Shown here in pieces: positions 62,457 through 64,000 of a stretch of DNA of 64,000 nt. Each line of letters begins with the position of its first letter. Positions within the stretch are counted from its first letter, which is position 1. The position numbers and the translations under genes are program-made. The notes under the pieces were generated by a model. It was not told where the DNA came from. It made no database searches and saw nothing but the letters and a program-made list of their open reading frames with translations. The DNA is from Camelus ferus. Lineage: Eukaryota. The stretch lies in NCBI RefSeq assembly GCF_009834535.1, contig NC_045697.1, positions 1,242,001-1,306,000 of the forward strand, written 5' to 3'.

Positions 62457-64000
62457 GTGGGACTGCACTATGGTGACCGGGTGTGGCAGGGTGGGGGGTG
62501 TCACGTGGGACTGCACTATGGTGACCTGGTGTGGGTAGGGTGGGGGGTGTCACGGCAGAGAGGGGCACTAGGTGACCGGGTGTGGCAGGGTGGGGGGTGT
62601 CACGGCAGAGAGGGGCACTATGGTGACCGGGTGTGGCAGGTGGGGGGGTGTCACGGCAGAGAGGGGCACTATGGTGACCGGTGTGCAGGGTGGGGGGTGT
62701 CACGGCAGAGAGGGGCACTATGTGACCGTGTGTGCAGGTGTGGGGGGGTGTCCGGCAGAGAGGGCACTATGGTGACCTGTGTGGCAGGTGGGGGTGTCAC
62801 GCAGAGAGGGGCACTATGGTGACCTGGTGTGGCAGGGTGGGGGGGTGTCACGGCAGAGAGGGCACTATGGTGACCTGGTGTGGCAGGGTGGGGGGGTGTC
62901 ACGGCAGAGAGGGGCACTATGGTGACCTGGTGTGGCAGGGTGGGGGGGGTGTCACGGCAGAGAGGGGCACTATGGTGACCGGGTGTGGCAGGGTGGGGGG
63001 GTGTCACGGCAGAGAGGGGCACTATGGTGACCGGGTGTGGCAGGGTGGGGGGGTGTCACGGCAGAGAGGGGGCACTATGGTGACCTGGTGTGGCAGGGTG
63101 GGGGGGGGTGTCACGGCAGAGAGGGGCACTATGGTGACCTGGTGTGGCAGGGTGGGGGGGTGTCACGGCAGAGAGGGGCACTATGGTGACCTGGTGTGGC
63201 AGGGTGGGGGGGGTGTCACGGCAGAGAGGGGCACTATGGTGACCTGGTGTGGCAGGGTGGGGGGGGTGTCACGGCAGAGAGGGGCACTATGGTGACCTGG
63301 TGTGGCAGGGTGGGGGGGTGTCACGGCAGAGAGGGGCACTATGGTGACCGGGTGTGGCAGGGTGGGGGGGGTGTCACGGCAGAGAGGGGGCACTATGGTG
63401 ACCGGGTGTGGCAGGGTGGGGGGGGTGTCACGGCAGAGAGGGGCACTATGGTGACCGGTGTGGCAGGGTGGGGGGTGTCACGGCGAGAGGGGCACTATGG
63501 TGACCGGGTGTGGCAGGGTGGGGGGGTGTCACGGCAGAGAGGGGCACTATGTGACCGGGTGGGTGGCAGTGGGGGGGTGTCACGGCAGAGAGGGGCACTA
63601 TGTGACCTGGTGTGGCAGGGTGGGGGGTGTCACGGCAGAGGGGCACTATGGTGACCGGTGTGGCAGGGTGGGGGGGTCACGGCAGAGAGGGGCACTATGG
63701 TGACCGGGTGTGGCGGTGGGGGGGTGTCACGGCAGAGAGGGGCACTATGGTGACCGGGTGTGGCAGGTGGGGGTCACGCAGAGAGGGCACTATGGTGACC
63801 TGGTGTGGCAGGGTGGGGGGGGGTCACGGCAGAGAGGGGCACTATGGTGACCGGGTGTGGCAGGGTGGGGGGGGTGTCACGGCAGAGAGGGGCACTATGG
63901 TGACCGGGTTGTGGCAGGGTGGGTGGTCACGGCAGAGAGGGGCACTATGGTGACCGGGTGTGGGGCGGGTGGGGGGGTGTCACGGCAGAGAGGGCACTAT
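62457..64000. repeat. G-rich minisatellite (VNTR), ~50-54 bp unit, about 30 copies, truncated by the window end
   Basis: Unit GGCAGAGAGGGGCACTATGGTGACC(G/T)GGTGTGGCAGGGTGGGGGG(G)nTGTCAC repeated head-to-tail. Confidence 0.97.

Noticed and set aside
62457..64000. CRISPR-like array or repetitive protein gene
   Set aside because: Head-to-tail repeats with no unique spacers, in a mammalian context; indels shift the frames.

Overview
Mammalian genomic DNA, probably camelid (tRNA-derived SINEs resembling the Vic-1 family), syntenic with the human HAUS3/POLN-MXD4-ZFYVE28 cluster. All three protein-coding genes lie on the minus strand. HAUS3 is complete (4 coding exons, 1812 nt, 603 aa), MXD4 is complete (6 coding exons, 630 nt, 209 aa), and the last five exons of ZFYVE28 (LST2, including the FYVE domain) are present, with its upstream exons beyond the right edge. 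All exon junctions are GT-AG and in phase. The left ~15 kb is AT-rich and packed with nested LINE-1 fragments. The rest is GC-rich, with two CpG-island promoters, a LINE-1/SINE block at ~50-54.6 kb, MaLR LTR and MIR/L2 remnants, microsatellites, and a ~52-bp G-rich minisatellite that runs off the right end. Most ORF-track entries are spurious GC-rich or repeat-derived frames. I found no convincing novel biological system. The most unusual items are small-scale: two SINEs inserted tail-to-tail around one 13-bp target present in three copies, a young L1 inserted at its homologous position in an older L1, candidate 5'-UTR mini-exons and a uORF at the HAUS3/POLN 5' end, CATAAA poly(A) signals for MXD4 and ZFYVE28, and an E-box in the MXD4 promoter.
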